Origin: Thermoplasmatota archaeon
GTDB taxonomy: Archaea > Thermoplasmatota > Thermoplasmata > Halarchaeoplasmatales > Halarchaeoplasmataceae
Assembly (NCBI GenBank): GCA_018334835.1
Contig: JAGXLF010000004.1
Coordinates: 1-60,846 of the forward strand
DNA length: 60,846 nucleotides
Reading direction: 5' to 3'
The notes under the pieces: generated by a model
What the model was told of the DNA's origin: nothing
The model's database searches: none
Seen by the model: the letters and a program-made list of their open reading frames with translations, nothing else
Shown: positions 46,973 to 55,405 of the stretch, one piece after another
How the letters are laid out: each line of letters opens with the position of its first letter
Numbering within the stretch: the first letter of the stretch is position 1
Made by a program: the position numbers and the translations under genes

Positions 46973-48817
46973 ATGGTGAAGCGACCCGAAGACTACAGAA
47001 ATGAAATAGATTTCATCCAGGATCATATCAGCAAATATTTTCCAATCTATAAAACCGAGGTAGAATTTGACGTCGTTTCAGTATATATCAAGGCTCCGAA
47101 AGGAGAGGACCTTGAAGATAAATTCGATGACCTTAGAAATGAATTCGTTCCTCAGAATTACATCCCTCATCTGATCGAAAGACACGGAGAACATATGATA
47201 AAGGTGAAGAAACAGGAGGAAAAGACATTCAAAGGTGTGAAAGTCAATATCGCAATGCTTTTCATAACTTTAGGAACTACTTTGATAGCCGGTGCATGGT
47301 GGTGGTCTAACTATGACCCAGTTGGACAAGGGATGTTATCGCTTCATAATCTGATGAATGGAGCCCTGTATTTCACTCTGCCCCTTCTCTTGATTTTAGG
47401 TACTCACGAGATGGGACATTACTTTATGGCTAGATATCACAATATCAAGGCATCCTTACCCTTCTTTCTCCCGATGGCGCCGCCTCTAGGTACTATCGGT
47501 GCTTTCATCAGTATCAGAGAGCCGATACCGGATAAAAAATCTCTCCTCGATGTCGGTATAGCTGGGCCTATCGCAGGTTTTGTTGTAGCTATACCAGTTA
47601 CATTGGCTGGGCTATATCTCGGTGACGTGATGACCCCAACGGCTACACCTCCTGTAGAAGGTATCAGACAGATATGGAACTTCCCTGTGATAATCAGAGG
47701 TATGACGAGAGTGATGCCCTGGACCGGAGGTGAGATCATTCACCCGACGCTGTTCGCTGGATGGGTTGGATTTCTAGTGACGGGATTGAATCTCTTACCA
47801 GCCTCTCAACTTGACGGAGGACATGTAGTTCGCTCATTATTTGGAGAAAAAGCAAAATATGTAAGTTATGCTGCCTTCGCTTTTCTCATAATAGTGGGTA
47901 TATGGCAGTACATAGGATGGGTCGTGTTTGCGTTCCTAATACTTTTCCTAGGTGGAGTTAAACATCCACCTCCTTTGAACGATATCTCTAAACTCGATAA
48001 AAAAAGGCTAGTAGTTGGAGGGGTAGCGATCCTGATCCTGTTTATCAGCTTTCATCCAATACCGGTAGAACAGGAGCAGTTCAGCTATAGTTTTGATATA
48101 GACTTGGAAGAAGATCCAGAGCAAGAATTGATACTTGGTGAGTCTTTCAATTATACGCTTACCGTGGAGAACAAAGCTAGGAATGTAGATATTCCTGAAG
48201 GGATAGAATACGAAGTGAATTATAACCTTTCAAACGAGGGTTGGGAAGCTTGCCTGTGGACCCAGGAAGACGAGAACTGGAGTAAAGTCAATGATCCTGA
48301 TAATCTCACTCTAGATAAGGGAGAAGAGCAAAGTTACCGTTTAGAAATAAGTTCTACAGAAAATTCCTCCATGGAGAACAGGATAACTTTTACAGTGAAA
48401 ATGAAAGAACCAGTACAACAAAAGAAAGAAAGAACGATGAAAACAAAAATCGGAGATGAGTTTGACATCGACCTGATAGAATCATTCTCTCTAATAGAGG
48501 AAAATCAAACAGATTTTGATTTTTCAATTGTAAACAAAGGACAAAATGATACTTTCAATATTTCGATGAAAGATATCAGCGATGATAACTGGATTGTAGA
48601 TTTCAAGAGTGAAAATATTACTAATTTCAATCATGAAGAAATAGAACTCGGATATGCAGAAAGTGTGAATATAACTGCAACGTTGAGATTGAATGAAACT
48701 GACCCCGAACCAGAAGGTAATCTTACCGTAATCACTACCAAGATATCTATCCGGTCTGAAAATACTGGTGAAGAGAAAATACTTGAATTGGTAGGTATAA
48801 AAGTTAATGAAAAGTGA
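46973..48817 (+). CDS. Site-2 protease family (M50) intramembrane metalloprotease with a large C-terminal extracytoplasmic extension
   Basis: HEMGHY (HExxH) and NLLPASQLDGGH motifs within the TM helices. The ~270 aa C-terminal region is N/E/T-rich and beta-strand-like. The ATG at 46973 is preferred over the TTG at 46964. Confidence 0.8.
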   Translation: MVKRPEDYRNEIDFIQDHISKYFPIYKTEVEFDVVSVYIKAPKGEDLEDKFDDLRNEFVPQNYIPHLIERHGEHMIKVKKQEEKTFKGVKVNIAMLFITLGTTLIAGAWWWSNYDPVGQGMLSLHNLMNGALYFTLPLLLILGTHEMGHYFMARYHNIKASLPFFLPMAPPLGTIGAFISIREPIPDKKSLLDVGIAGPIAGFVVAIPVTLAGLYLGDVMTPTATPPVEGIRQIWNFPVIIRGMTRVMPWTGGEIIHPTLFAGWVGFLVTGLNLLPASQLDGGHVVRSLFGEKAKYVSYAAFAFLIIVGIWQYIGWVVFAFLILFLGGVKHPPPLNDISKLDKKRLVVGGVAILILFISFHPIPVEQEQFSYSFDIDLEEDPEQELILGESFNYTLTVENKARNVDIPEGIEYEVNYNLSNEGWEACLWTQEDENWSKVNDPDNLTLDKGEEQSYRLEISSTENSSMENRITFTVKMKEPVQQKKERTMKTKIGDEFDIDLIESFSLIEENQTDFDFSIVNKGQNDTFNISMKDISDDNWIVDFKSENITNFNHEEIELGYAESVNITATLRLNETDPEPEGNLTVITTKISIRSENTGEEKILELVGIKVNEK

Positions 48818-48818
48818 A

Positions 48819-49805
48819 TCAGATCTTTTTAAACACCGTAAAGTGCCTGTCTAGAGAACGATGAACTCTGATTTTGTACGTTTCTATCAGCTCTAGATAT
48901 TCTTTTCCTATAGCAACGTAATCTAAGCCAGGGAATATCGCCGATAGATATCCGCCTTTTTTTAATCTTTCTTCAGAGATTCTAAATAATCTTTCATAGA
49001 GGGATGAAAGCCCTTCTTTCGATGTAGAAGAAGCTCTCCCATAAGGAGGATCAGTCGCTATACAATCTATATCTTTTGGTATGGTCTCAGCAACGTCGCC
49101 GACTTCGAGGGAAGCTTCAACATCGAATTCTCTAAGATTCTTTCTACAACCCTCTATCATCTTTGAGTCTTTGTCCCCCCCTGACACATCTAGACCCATG
49201 AGATAAGCTTCTATCAGTACTCCTCCCGTACCACAAAAGGGATCGTGTACTTTAGCCTTCTTTTCGGCACGAGTTAGATTTATCAACGCCCGGGTATATC
49301 TCGGTTTTAGAGATATTGGATAAGAAAAAGGTCTATTTTTTCCATCTCTAGATTTAAAATTCTCTCTTTCCATCTCATAGAGTTTTTTACCGACATAGTT
49401 TTTTTCAGATATGATGACGCATAATTCATGATCAGGCGAATCCAAATCTATAGAATGGTTAGAAGAGATCATCTCTCCTAGTTTCTCCTTGATAGCCTGT
49501 GTATCTCCTCGATGATTTTCGATTCTTCTTGTTCTAACCGCAGCACTCCCGGTAGGCAAATCCAAATCACCTTCAAGGTCGGAAAAATCTTCTCCAGAAG
49601 ACTTACTTATCTCACGATAAATTCGGTGGGTAAGCCCCAATCTTTGAGCCAAAGACTTAACGGGACAATCTGTACTAAGTGAAAGTACACCTGGATCAGA
49701 TCGATCGATTTTGTAATCATATGATAGCCCTTCGATAGCGGCAGTTATTTCTGCTTTAGCAAGGGGGTAGTTAGGTCCAACCAGTTCAAAAAATAGATCG
49801 ACCAT
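48819..49805 (-). CDS. THUMP-domain tRNA (guanine-N2)-methyltransferase (Trm11/TrmG10-like)
   Basis: 328 aa. SAM-binding DPFCGTGGVLIEA and catalytic DPPYG. Confidence 0.75.
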   Translation of the reverse strand: MVDLFFELVGPNYPLAKAEITAAIEGLSYDYKIDRSDPGVLSLSTDCPVKSLAQRLGLTHRIYREISKSSGEDFSDLEGDLDLPTGSAAVRTRRIENHRGDTQAIKEKLGEMISSNHSIDLDSPDHELCVIISEKNYVGKKLYEMERENFKSRDGKNRPFSYPISLKPRYTRALINLTRAEKKAKVHDPFCGTGGVLIEAYLMGLDVSGGDKDSKMIEGCRKNLREFDVEASLEVGDVAETIPKDIDCIATDPPYGRASSTSKEGLSSLYERLFRISEERLKKGGYLSAIFPGLDYVAIGKEYLELIETYKIRVHRSLDRHFTVFKKI

Positions 49806-49807
49806 CT

Positions 49808-50077
49808 TTATAGTTTTTCTTCTATCCTATCCTTCAACTCTTTATCATTCACCTGTTCTACAAACGAGACTTCATCGTCAATTATTATCGTTGGCACATG
49901 AGTGATACCATATTCTGTTACCATATCCGGCACATCTTTCGGTTTGTGATAGTTGACCTCGACATCTTCCATGTCTTCCGTGACTCTTTCGACGGTCTTT
50001 CTAGCTGGTGGACAGTCCGGACAAGTATCGGAGTAAATGAAATCTATCGAAACCTGTGGTTTTTCTTCTGCAGACAT
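49808..50077 (-). CDS. Small thioredoxin-fold (glutaredoxin-like) protein
   Basis: 89 aa. CPDCPP redox motif, followed by the cis-Pro region THVPTIIID. Confidence 0.65.
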   Translation of the reverse strand: MSAEEKPQVSIDFIYSDTCPDCPPARKTVERVTEDMEDVEVNYHKPKDVPDMVTEYGITHVPTIIIDDEVSFVEQVNDKELKDRIEEKL

Positions 50078-50188
50078 GTTCTCACGACTCTATAGAGAAG
50101 GAGTATTTTTAATCTTTTGTTTTTGAAGTAAAAAAATAAATACCAGCGTCCTATAGTCGATAAATGATAAGTTAAATCAAGTGATAAA

Positions 50189-50530
50189 TTGACCGATGGA
50201 AAAAATTTCGTCGAAACCGTAACAGAAGAGAATTATAAAGAATTCTTGGAAAGCAATGAAGAAGTGGTATTGGATCTTTGGGCAACATGGTGTGTACCCT
50301 GTGTTCACATGGACCCGATTGTAGAAGCTCTAGCTGAAAAATACGAGGGAAAAGTAAAATTCGGGAAAGTTAACATAGAAGAAGATAAAAATATACCTTC
50401 AGTATTCGATGTCCAATCTCTCCCGAGTATCCTTTTCATCAAGAAAGGAGAGGTAAAAGAGAAGGTCACAGGGAAGCTAGATGAAGATGAATTTGAAGAA
50501 AAATTGGAGAAAAATTTTGATATAAATTAA
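50189..50530 (+). CDS. trxA: Thioredoxin
   Basis: VVLDLWATWCVPCVHMDP (WCxPC) and SLPSILFIKKGE. The start is TTG, with no in-frame ATG nearby. Confidence 0.8.
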   Translation: MTDGKNFVETVTEENYKEFLESNEEVVLDLWATWCVPCVHMDPIVEALAEKYEGKVKFGKVNIEEDKNIPSVFDVQSLPSILFIKKGEVKEKVTGKLDEDEFEEKLEKNFDIN

Positions 50531-50531
50531 G

Positions 50532-50885
50532 TCAAAGCCCATTTAGCTCTTGAACGGCTTCGACCACTTCCTCGTACCATCTATCGACGGTTTTTCTTGC
50601 TTCTTGTTTTATCTTCTCTAGCGGACGTCTTGAATATAAAAAGTAGTATCCTCCGTTTCTGATATTGTGTTTCTCTTTATAGATCAATCCACAATCTGAA
50701 AGTTTTTCAAGAGATCTGTATGCTGTGCTTTGGTCTTTGTTTATCCTTTCAGCTATCTCTGAAGACCGAAGCTCTTCATCTCCTGAAAGGAGAGAAAGTA
50801 TTTCTTTATCTAACTCGGAAAGATCATAGATGCATTCGATCACATTTTCAGAATCTATCTCTTCTATTCCCGAATCTGCTAGCAT
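50532..50885 (-). CDS. Winged-helix transcriptional regulator (TrmB/MarR-like)
   Basis: 117 aa. EILSLLSGDEELRSSEIAERINKDQSTAYRSLEKLSDCGLIYKE is a wHTH pattern. Confidence 0.65.
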   Translation of the reverse strand: MLADSGIEEIDSENVIECIYDLSELDKEILSLLSGDEELRSSEIAERINKDQSTAYRSLEKLSDCGLIYKEKHNIRNGGYYFLYSRRPLEKIKQEARKTVDRWYEEVVEAVQELNGL

Positions 50886-50968
50886 ATCTCTGTTTATCTA
50901 TTAGATAAACCCTACTTAATCGTTTTGAAGCGTAAGATTAAAATTCAAGTAGAGTTTACTCATGAACA

Positions 50969-51043
50969 AGCCGCAGTAACTCAGTCTGGGAGAGTGCCAC
51001 GCTGAAGACGTGGATGTCGCCGGTTCAAGTCCGGCCTGCGGCA
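50969..51043 (+). tRNA. tRNA-Phe (GAA), 75 nt, no encoded CCA; reads with one extra G at the 5' side of the anticodon loop
   Basis: Manual cloverleaf: GCCGCAG/CTGCGGC acceptor stem, ACTC/GAGT D stem, CCACG/CGTGG anticodon stem with loop G-CTGAAGA, GCCGG-TTCAAGT-CCGGC T arm, discriminator A. Confidence 0.85.
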
Positions 51044-51061
51044 CTTCTCGGTTTTGATCTC

Positions 51062-52216
51062 ATGCACTTGAATAAAGAGGAGGAGAAGATTCTTAACGGA
51101 GAAAAGGGTGAAGGACCAGCCAAGGCGATGGAATTATTGGTAGCTATAGGGAAAATCTACGACGCAGACAGATTGATCCCGATCGAATCCGCTCAGATCG
51201 CGGGAGTATCTTACAAGACTATGGGTGATGCGGGCCTTCAATTCATCCAGGATTTTGCAGATTTGGCGAAAGTCAAAGTTGAAGCTATGCTTAACCCTGC
51301 TGGAATGGACTTAGAGGAAAAAAATTACGAATCTGATGATTTCAGAAGAAAACAAGCTCAATTGATAAATGCTTATCGGAAACTTGGTATAGAAATGACC
51401 TGTACCTGCACGCCTTATCTAATAGGAAAGCGTCCAGAAGTGAGAGATCACTTGGCCTGGAGTGAGAGCTCGGCGGTCTCCTTTGCCAATTCAGTACTCG
51501 GAGCAAGAACTAACAGAGAGGGAGGACCCTCCGCTCTCATGGCAGCGATTATCGGAAAAACTCCTAATTATGGGCTACATTTGAAAGAGAACAGAAAGCC
51601 CGATATCGTTTATGAAGTCAATGCTGAGGTTCCTCATTCTCTCCTTGGATACCTGGTTGGTAGAGAAATTGGAGAGAAAATTCCTTATTTTAAAGGTTTG
51701 AAACCTTCAGAAGATGACCTGAAAACCCTTGGGGCAGCGATGGCCGCCACTGGATCTGTAGCGATGTATCATGTCGAAGGAAAAACCCCGGAAGCAGGTG
51801 ATTTTTCTACGGATGAGTTGGAGAAAATCAAGATCGAAAGTGAAGATATTGAAAAGATTAGAGATGAATTAAGGACTAACTTTGAACCAGATGTGATCGT
51901 GATCGGTTGTCCACATCTTTCTAAAAATGAAATGGAAGATATCGGACAACGACTTAAGGAAAAAGAAAAGAAGAACGGGCCGGATCTTTTTGTTTATACT
52001 AGTCGAAGAGTGAAAGAAGAGTCAAATGAGGCCGTAGCGGAGATAGAAAGGTTCGGTAAAGTCATCAGTGATACATGCATGGTCGTGTCTCCTCTCGAAG
52101 ATAATTATAACGTAGCGGCTACGAATTCCGGTAAAGCGGCTGCCTATCTCCCCAGATTGGCCAACCAGGAGGTCATTTATGCCGATCTCAAAACTTTGAT
52201 GGAGATGATAAGTTGA
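51062..52216 (+). CDS. Aconitase X (AcnX) large subunit, DUF521 family (candidate mevalonate-5-phosphate dehydratase large subunit)
   Basis: EEEKILNGEKGEG, AQIAGVSY, CTCTPYL and AWSESSAVSFANSVLGARTNREGGPSAL. Trimmed to the ATG at 51062 because the ORF-track start lies inside tRNA-Phe. Confidence 0.8.
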   Translation: MHLNKEEEKILNGEKGEGPAKAMELLVAIGKIYDADRLIPIESAQIAGVSYKTMGDAGLQFIQDFADLAKVKVEAMLNPAGMDLEEKNYESDDFRRKQAQLINAYRKLGIEMTCTCTPYLIGKRPEVRDHLAWSESSAVSFANSVLGARTNREGGPSALMAAIIGKTPNYGLHLKENRKPDIVYEVNAEVPHSLLGYLVGREIGEKIPYFKGLKPSEDDLKTLGAAMAATGSVAMYHVEGKTPEAGDFSTDELEKIKIESEDIEKIRDELRTNFEPDVIVIGCPHLSKNEMEDIGQRLKEKEKKNGPDLFVYTSRRVKEESNEAVAEIERFGKVISDTCMVVSPLEDNYNVAATNSGKAAAYLPRLANQEVIYADLKTLMEMIS

Positions 52217-52980
52217 TTTTATCTGGAAGAGGAATATCCAGAGGAAAGGCGGATGGTACCGTTGTAAAAGTTGAAGAAAGGGTCTCTTTTTTAGGTGATG
52301 TAGACCCAACTTCAGGAAAAGTTTTCGGTGAGAAAAAAATAATTGATTCCATATTCGTCTTCCCCGGTGGAAAGGGAAGCACGGTAGGCTCTTACGTGAT
52401 CTATCAGTTAAAAAAGAATGAGAATGCACCTAGAGGTATGATCAATAAAAATACTGAGACGATCGTTGCCTCTGGTGCGATCATTTCGGGTATTCCACTC
52501 ATAGACGGGATCGATACGGACTTGATCAAAGAGAAGGATGAGATTAGTATCGATGGGGATAAAGGAACTGTTGAGATTAAGAGCGTAGAGCGAGTAGATG
52601 TGGTGACCGCTTTTCTCAAGAAAGATAACTCTATATTATTGTTGAAGCGAAGTGAAGATGTGAAAACATTCAAGGGGAGATGGGCTGGTGTTTCCGGGTA
52701 TTTAGAGACAGACAAGCCAGTAGAGCAGGCAAAGATTGAGATCGAAGAAGAGGTAAATTTGGATGGAAAACTCCTATCTGGGGGAGATATAGTTCGTTCT
52801 CGAGATGGAAAAAAAATCTGGAACGTACATCCATTTTTGTTCGAAGTAGATGAAGAACCTGAATTGAATTGGGAACACGAGAAGTATCAATGGGTTCAAC
52901 CGAATAAGATAAAAGATATGAAAACAGTTCCCAAATTATGGGAAGCTTATATCTCTGCGAGGTGTTCGGATGAAAATTAA
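52213..52980 (+). CDS. AcnX small subunit (DUF126, swivel domain) fused to a C-terminal Nudix-like domain
   Basis: aa 1-~123: GRGISRGKADGTVV..SFLGDVDP.SGKV...FPGGKGSTVGSYVIY. aa ~126-255: Nudix-like fold with GVSGYLE-x9-IEIEEEVNL. The TTG start overlaps the upstream stop. Confidence 0.7.
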   Translation: MILSGRGISRGKADGTVVKVEERVSFLGDVDPTSGKVFGEKKIIDSIFVFPGGKGSTVGSYVIYQLKKNENAPRGMINKNTETIVASGAIISGIPLIDGIDTDLIKEKDEISIDGDKGTVEIKSVERVDVVTAFLKKDNSILLLKRSEDVKTFKGRWAGVSGYLETDKPVEQAKIEIEEEVNLDGKLLSGGDIVRSRDGKKIWNVHPFLFEVDEEPELNWEHEKYQWVQPNKIKDMKTVPKLWEAYISARCSDEN

Positions 52981-53959
52981 GATGGAAGAAAGAACAAAAG
53001 ATTTACCTGCCGTTTGGATGGAAGATGAGAAGGTCAAGATGATTGACCAGAGATATCTTCCACAAGAACTGAAATTTTTTACCGCTGAAGATTACGAGGA
53101 CATCCATAAAGCCATCAAAGACATGATGGTTAGAGGGGCGCCTGCGATAGGCGTCACAGCGGCTTTTGGGATCGCTCAAGCAAAACTTCAGGAAAAAGAT
53201 ATTGAGGAGGCTGCAGATCACATCAAGTCTGCGAGACCTACGGCCTATGATCTATTTTATGCCGTAGATCACATGCTTGCAAATTTGGACGAGCCAACAA
53301 AGAAAGCAAAAGAGTATTCCGAAATGATCAAAGAAAAATGCAGAAGGATCGGTAAATATGGAAACGAACTGATAAAGGATGGTCATGATATACTCACTCA
53401 CTGTAATGCTGGGGCTTTAGCTACTATAGATTATGGGACCGCCCTTGCACCGATGAGAGCCGCTAACAAAGCAGGAAAAAAAATACATGTTTACGTGGAC
53501 GAAACTAGACCGAGGCTTCAGGGTGCTAGATTGACTGCTTGGGAGCTTTACAATGAAGATATACCTCACTCAGTGATCGTAGACAATGCATCGGGACACT
53601 ACATACAGAGAGGAGAGATAGATATGGTTATAGTTGGTACAGATAGGATAGTAGCTAACGGTGATATAGCTAATAAGATCGGAACCTATGAAAAGGCCGT
53701 TCTGGCAAAAGAGAACGACATACCATTTTATGTGGCAGCTCCAGTGACTACTTATGATAAAAATATAAAAGAAGGAATGAAAATCCCCATCGAGGAAAGA
53801 GAGGAAAAAGAAGTCAGGGAGATAAACGGTTTATCGATAACTCCTGAGGGATCTCCCGTCAAAAACCCTGCCTTCGATGTTACGCCGGCTAAATATATAG
53901 ATGGTTATATCACTGAAAAGGGAATTTTCTCGACCAGTGAGCTCAAAGACATTTTCTAA
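52970..53959 (+). CDS. mtnA: Methylthioribose-1-phosphate isomerase family protein (eIF-2B alpha/beta/delta-related, MtnA-like)
   Basis: IDQRYLP, VRGAPAIGV, HCNAGALAT, DETRPRLQGARLTAWEL and VGTDRIVANGDIANKIGTY. A GAGGTG element lies 5 nt upstream of the ATG. The gene overlaps the upstream gene by 11 nt. Confidence 0.8.
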   Translation: MKIKMEERTKDLPAVWMEDEKVKMIDQRYLPQELKFFTAEDYEDIHKAIKDMMVRGAPAIGVTAAFGIAQAKLQEKDIEEAADHIKSARPTAYDLFYAVDHMLANLDEPTKKAKEYSEMIKEKCRRIGKYGNELIKDGHDILTHCNAGALATIDYGTALAPMRAANKAGKKIHVYVDETRPRLQGARLTAWELYNEDIPHSVIVDNASGHYIQRGEIDMVIVGTDRIVANGDIANKIGTYEKAVLAKENDIPFYVAAPVTTYDKNIKEGMKIPIEEREEKEVREINGLSITPEGSPVKNPAFDVTPAKYIDGYITEKGIFSTSELKDIF

Positions 53960-54009
53960 AATATAGTGGAAGTCGTAACTTTTTGAACTAAAGTTCCGAC
54001 ATCCACAAC

Positions 54010-54054
54010 TAGTAAAAGAGCCTTCATTAGTCCAAGAAGTCGGCTCTTTTACTA
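54010..54054. repeat. Perfect 13-bp inverted repeat (TAGTAAAAGAGCC ... GGCTCTTTTACTA) with a 19-nt spacer
   Basis: Read directly: arms at 54010-54022 and 54042-54054. It lies between the mtnA-like stop (53959) and the next start (54105), and is followed by a TATA-like ATAAATAT. Confidence 0.6.
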
Positions 54055-54104
54055 TAAATATCAACCCAAAAACATTTAGTTAACTGAATTAGTTACATAG
54101 ACCG

Positions 54105-55100
54105 ATGGAAGAGGAATGGATATCAGCCAGTGATATTGAAAAATTTGGATACTGTCCCTTGAGTTGGTGGTTGAGTAGAGAAAAAGAGAAAGATGTGTCA
54201 AATGAAACATTAAAAGAGGGAGAAAAGGAACACAGGGAGATAGGAAAAAAACTCGATAGTTTGAAAGCTAGGGAACAAAAACTCGGGCTCCTCGAGAATA
54301 TCATCTTGGGACTAGCTATCCTCACCACTGTAGTATCTGTTTTTGGAATATCCTTCTTGACTTCAGAAGAGATTTTCAGCCATATATTCATGGTTTTAGC
54401 TTTAATCTGGCTATTAGCTGCAACTTTATTTCTATTTATCGATGAAGTATATAAAGGATTGATCGAGAAGACAAAACTAGAAAGGATCGTGCTTATATTT
54501 GCGATGATCGCCACGATGCTTTCCGTATTTAGTTTCTCAATGCCTATACAGGATGATTTGATCGCCCAAATCGCTCAATTGCTATCTCTATCCTGGTTGA
54601 TCGGCGCATCCTATTGGCTCAAACATTCGATAAAAATAAAGAGTGAAACTGAAGAAGAAAGGGAAGATATGAAACTAGAAGAAGGAGAAATAAAGTATGT
54701 AGACAAACTTGAAAAAAAGAGTAAACTTTTGAGATCTGAAAAGTATAAATTGAGAGGGAAGCCAGATTTCATATTGGAGAAAGACGGAAGTCCTGTACCA
54801 GTTGAAGTCAAAACAGGGAGAGTACCAGAAGGTCCCTTTTTTTCTCATATACTTCAAATAGCCGCTTACTGCCTCCTCGTGGAAGAAGATATGGGAAAAA
54901 AACCTCCATATGGCCTTATCAGGTATGGTGATACTGAGTTTGATATTGAATACGATGAAGACCTTAGACAATTACTACTTGAAAAGCTGAAAGACATGAG
55001 GATGCACCTGAAAGATGAAGATGTCCATAGGAATCACAACAGAGAAGGGAAATGCAGGAACTGCTCTAGGAGAAAGATCTGTGAGGAATCGCTAGTTTAA
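54105..55100 (+). CDS. Cas4/DUF83-like PD-(D/E)xK nuclease interrupted by four predicted transmembrane helices
   Basis: N-terminal Cys (GYCPLSWWL, C17). Nuclease core GKPDF (D221), VEVK (E234, K236) and QIAAY (Q251, Y255). C-terminal C317-x2-C320-x5-C326. Four hydrophobic segments span aa ~62-172. Confidence 0.7.
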   Translation: MEEEWISASDIEKFGYCPLSWWLSREKEKDVSNETLKEGEKEHREIGKKLDSLKAREQKLGLLENIILGLAILTTVVSVFGISFLTSEEIFSHIFMVLALIWLLAATLFLFIDEVYKGLIEKTKLERIVLIFAMIATMLSVFSFSMPIQDDLIAQIAQLLSLSWLIGASYWLKHSIKIKSETEEEREDMKLEEGEIKYVDKLEKKSKLLRSEKYKLRGKPDFILEKDGSPVPVEVKTGRVPEGPFFSHILQIAAYCLLVEEDMGKKPPYGLIRYGDTEFDIEYDEDLRQLLLEKLKDMRMHLKDEDVHRNHNREGKCRNCSRRKICEESLV

Positions 55101-55405
55101 TCCTTTCTGTTCATCTCATCTATTTTTTCCTTGATATCCTCAACATCTCTTCTCATCTTCAACATCTCTTCTTCAAAACCGGTAAATTCTCTAGAGGAGA
55201 AAATGCGGTGGGAGATGAACATACCTACAAACATGGCCCCGATTATTGCCAGGAAAGAAATTATTACCAATCCGAATACAAAAGCATAGAAATTATAGAA
55301 AATTTCTTCAAATTGGATCCAACTAAGGATTATTGCCAGTCCTATACCTCCAAGTATTAATATTGCAATGCTTATCACTTTCAGAGAGAACGGTATCCTT
55401 TTCAT
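55097..55405 (-). CDS. Small membrane protein (two TM helices plus a charged C-terminal helix)
   Basis: 102 aa. Overlaps the upstream gene (55402..55869) by 4 nt and converges on the Cas4-like gene, with a 4-nt overlap of the ends. Confidence 0.5.
   Translation of the reverse strand: MKRIPFSLKVISIAILILGGIGLAIILSWIQFEEIFYNFYAFVFGLVIISFLAIIGAMFVGMFISHRIFSSREFTGFEEEMLKMRRDVEDIKEKIDEMNRKD

Noticed and set aside
51014-51061. N-terminal extension of the AcnX large-subunit ORF (MSPVQVRPAALLGFDL)
   Set aside because: These codons are the 3' half of tRNA-Phe read as protein. The family-typical N-terminus begins at the ATG at 51062.
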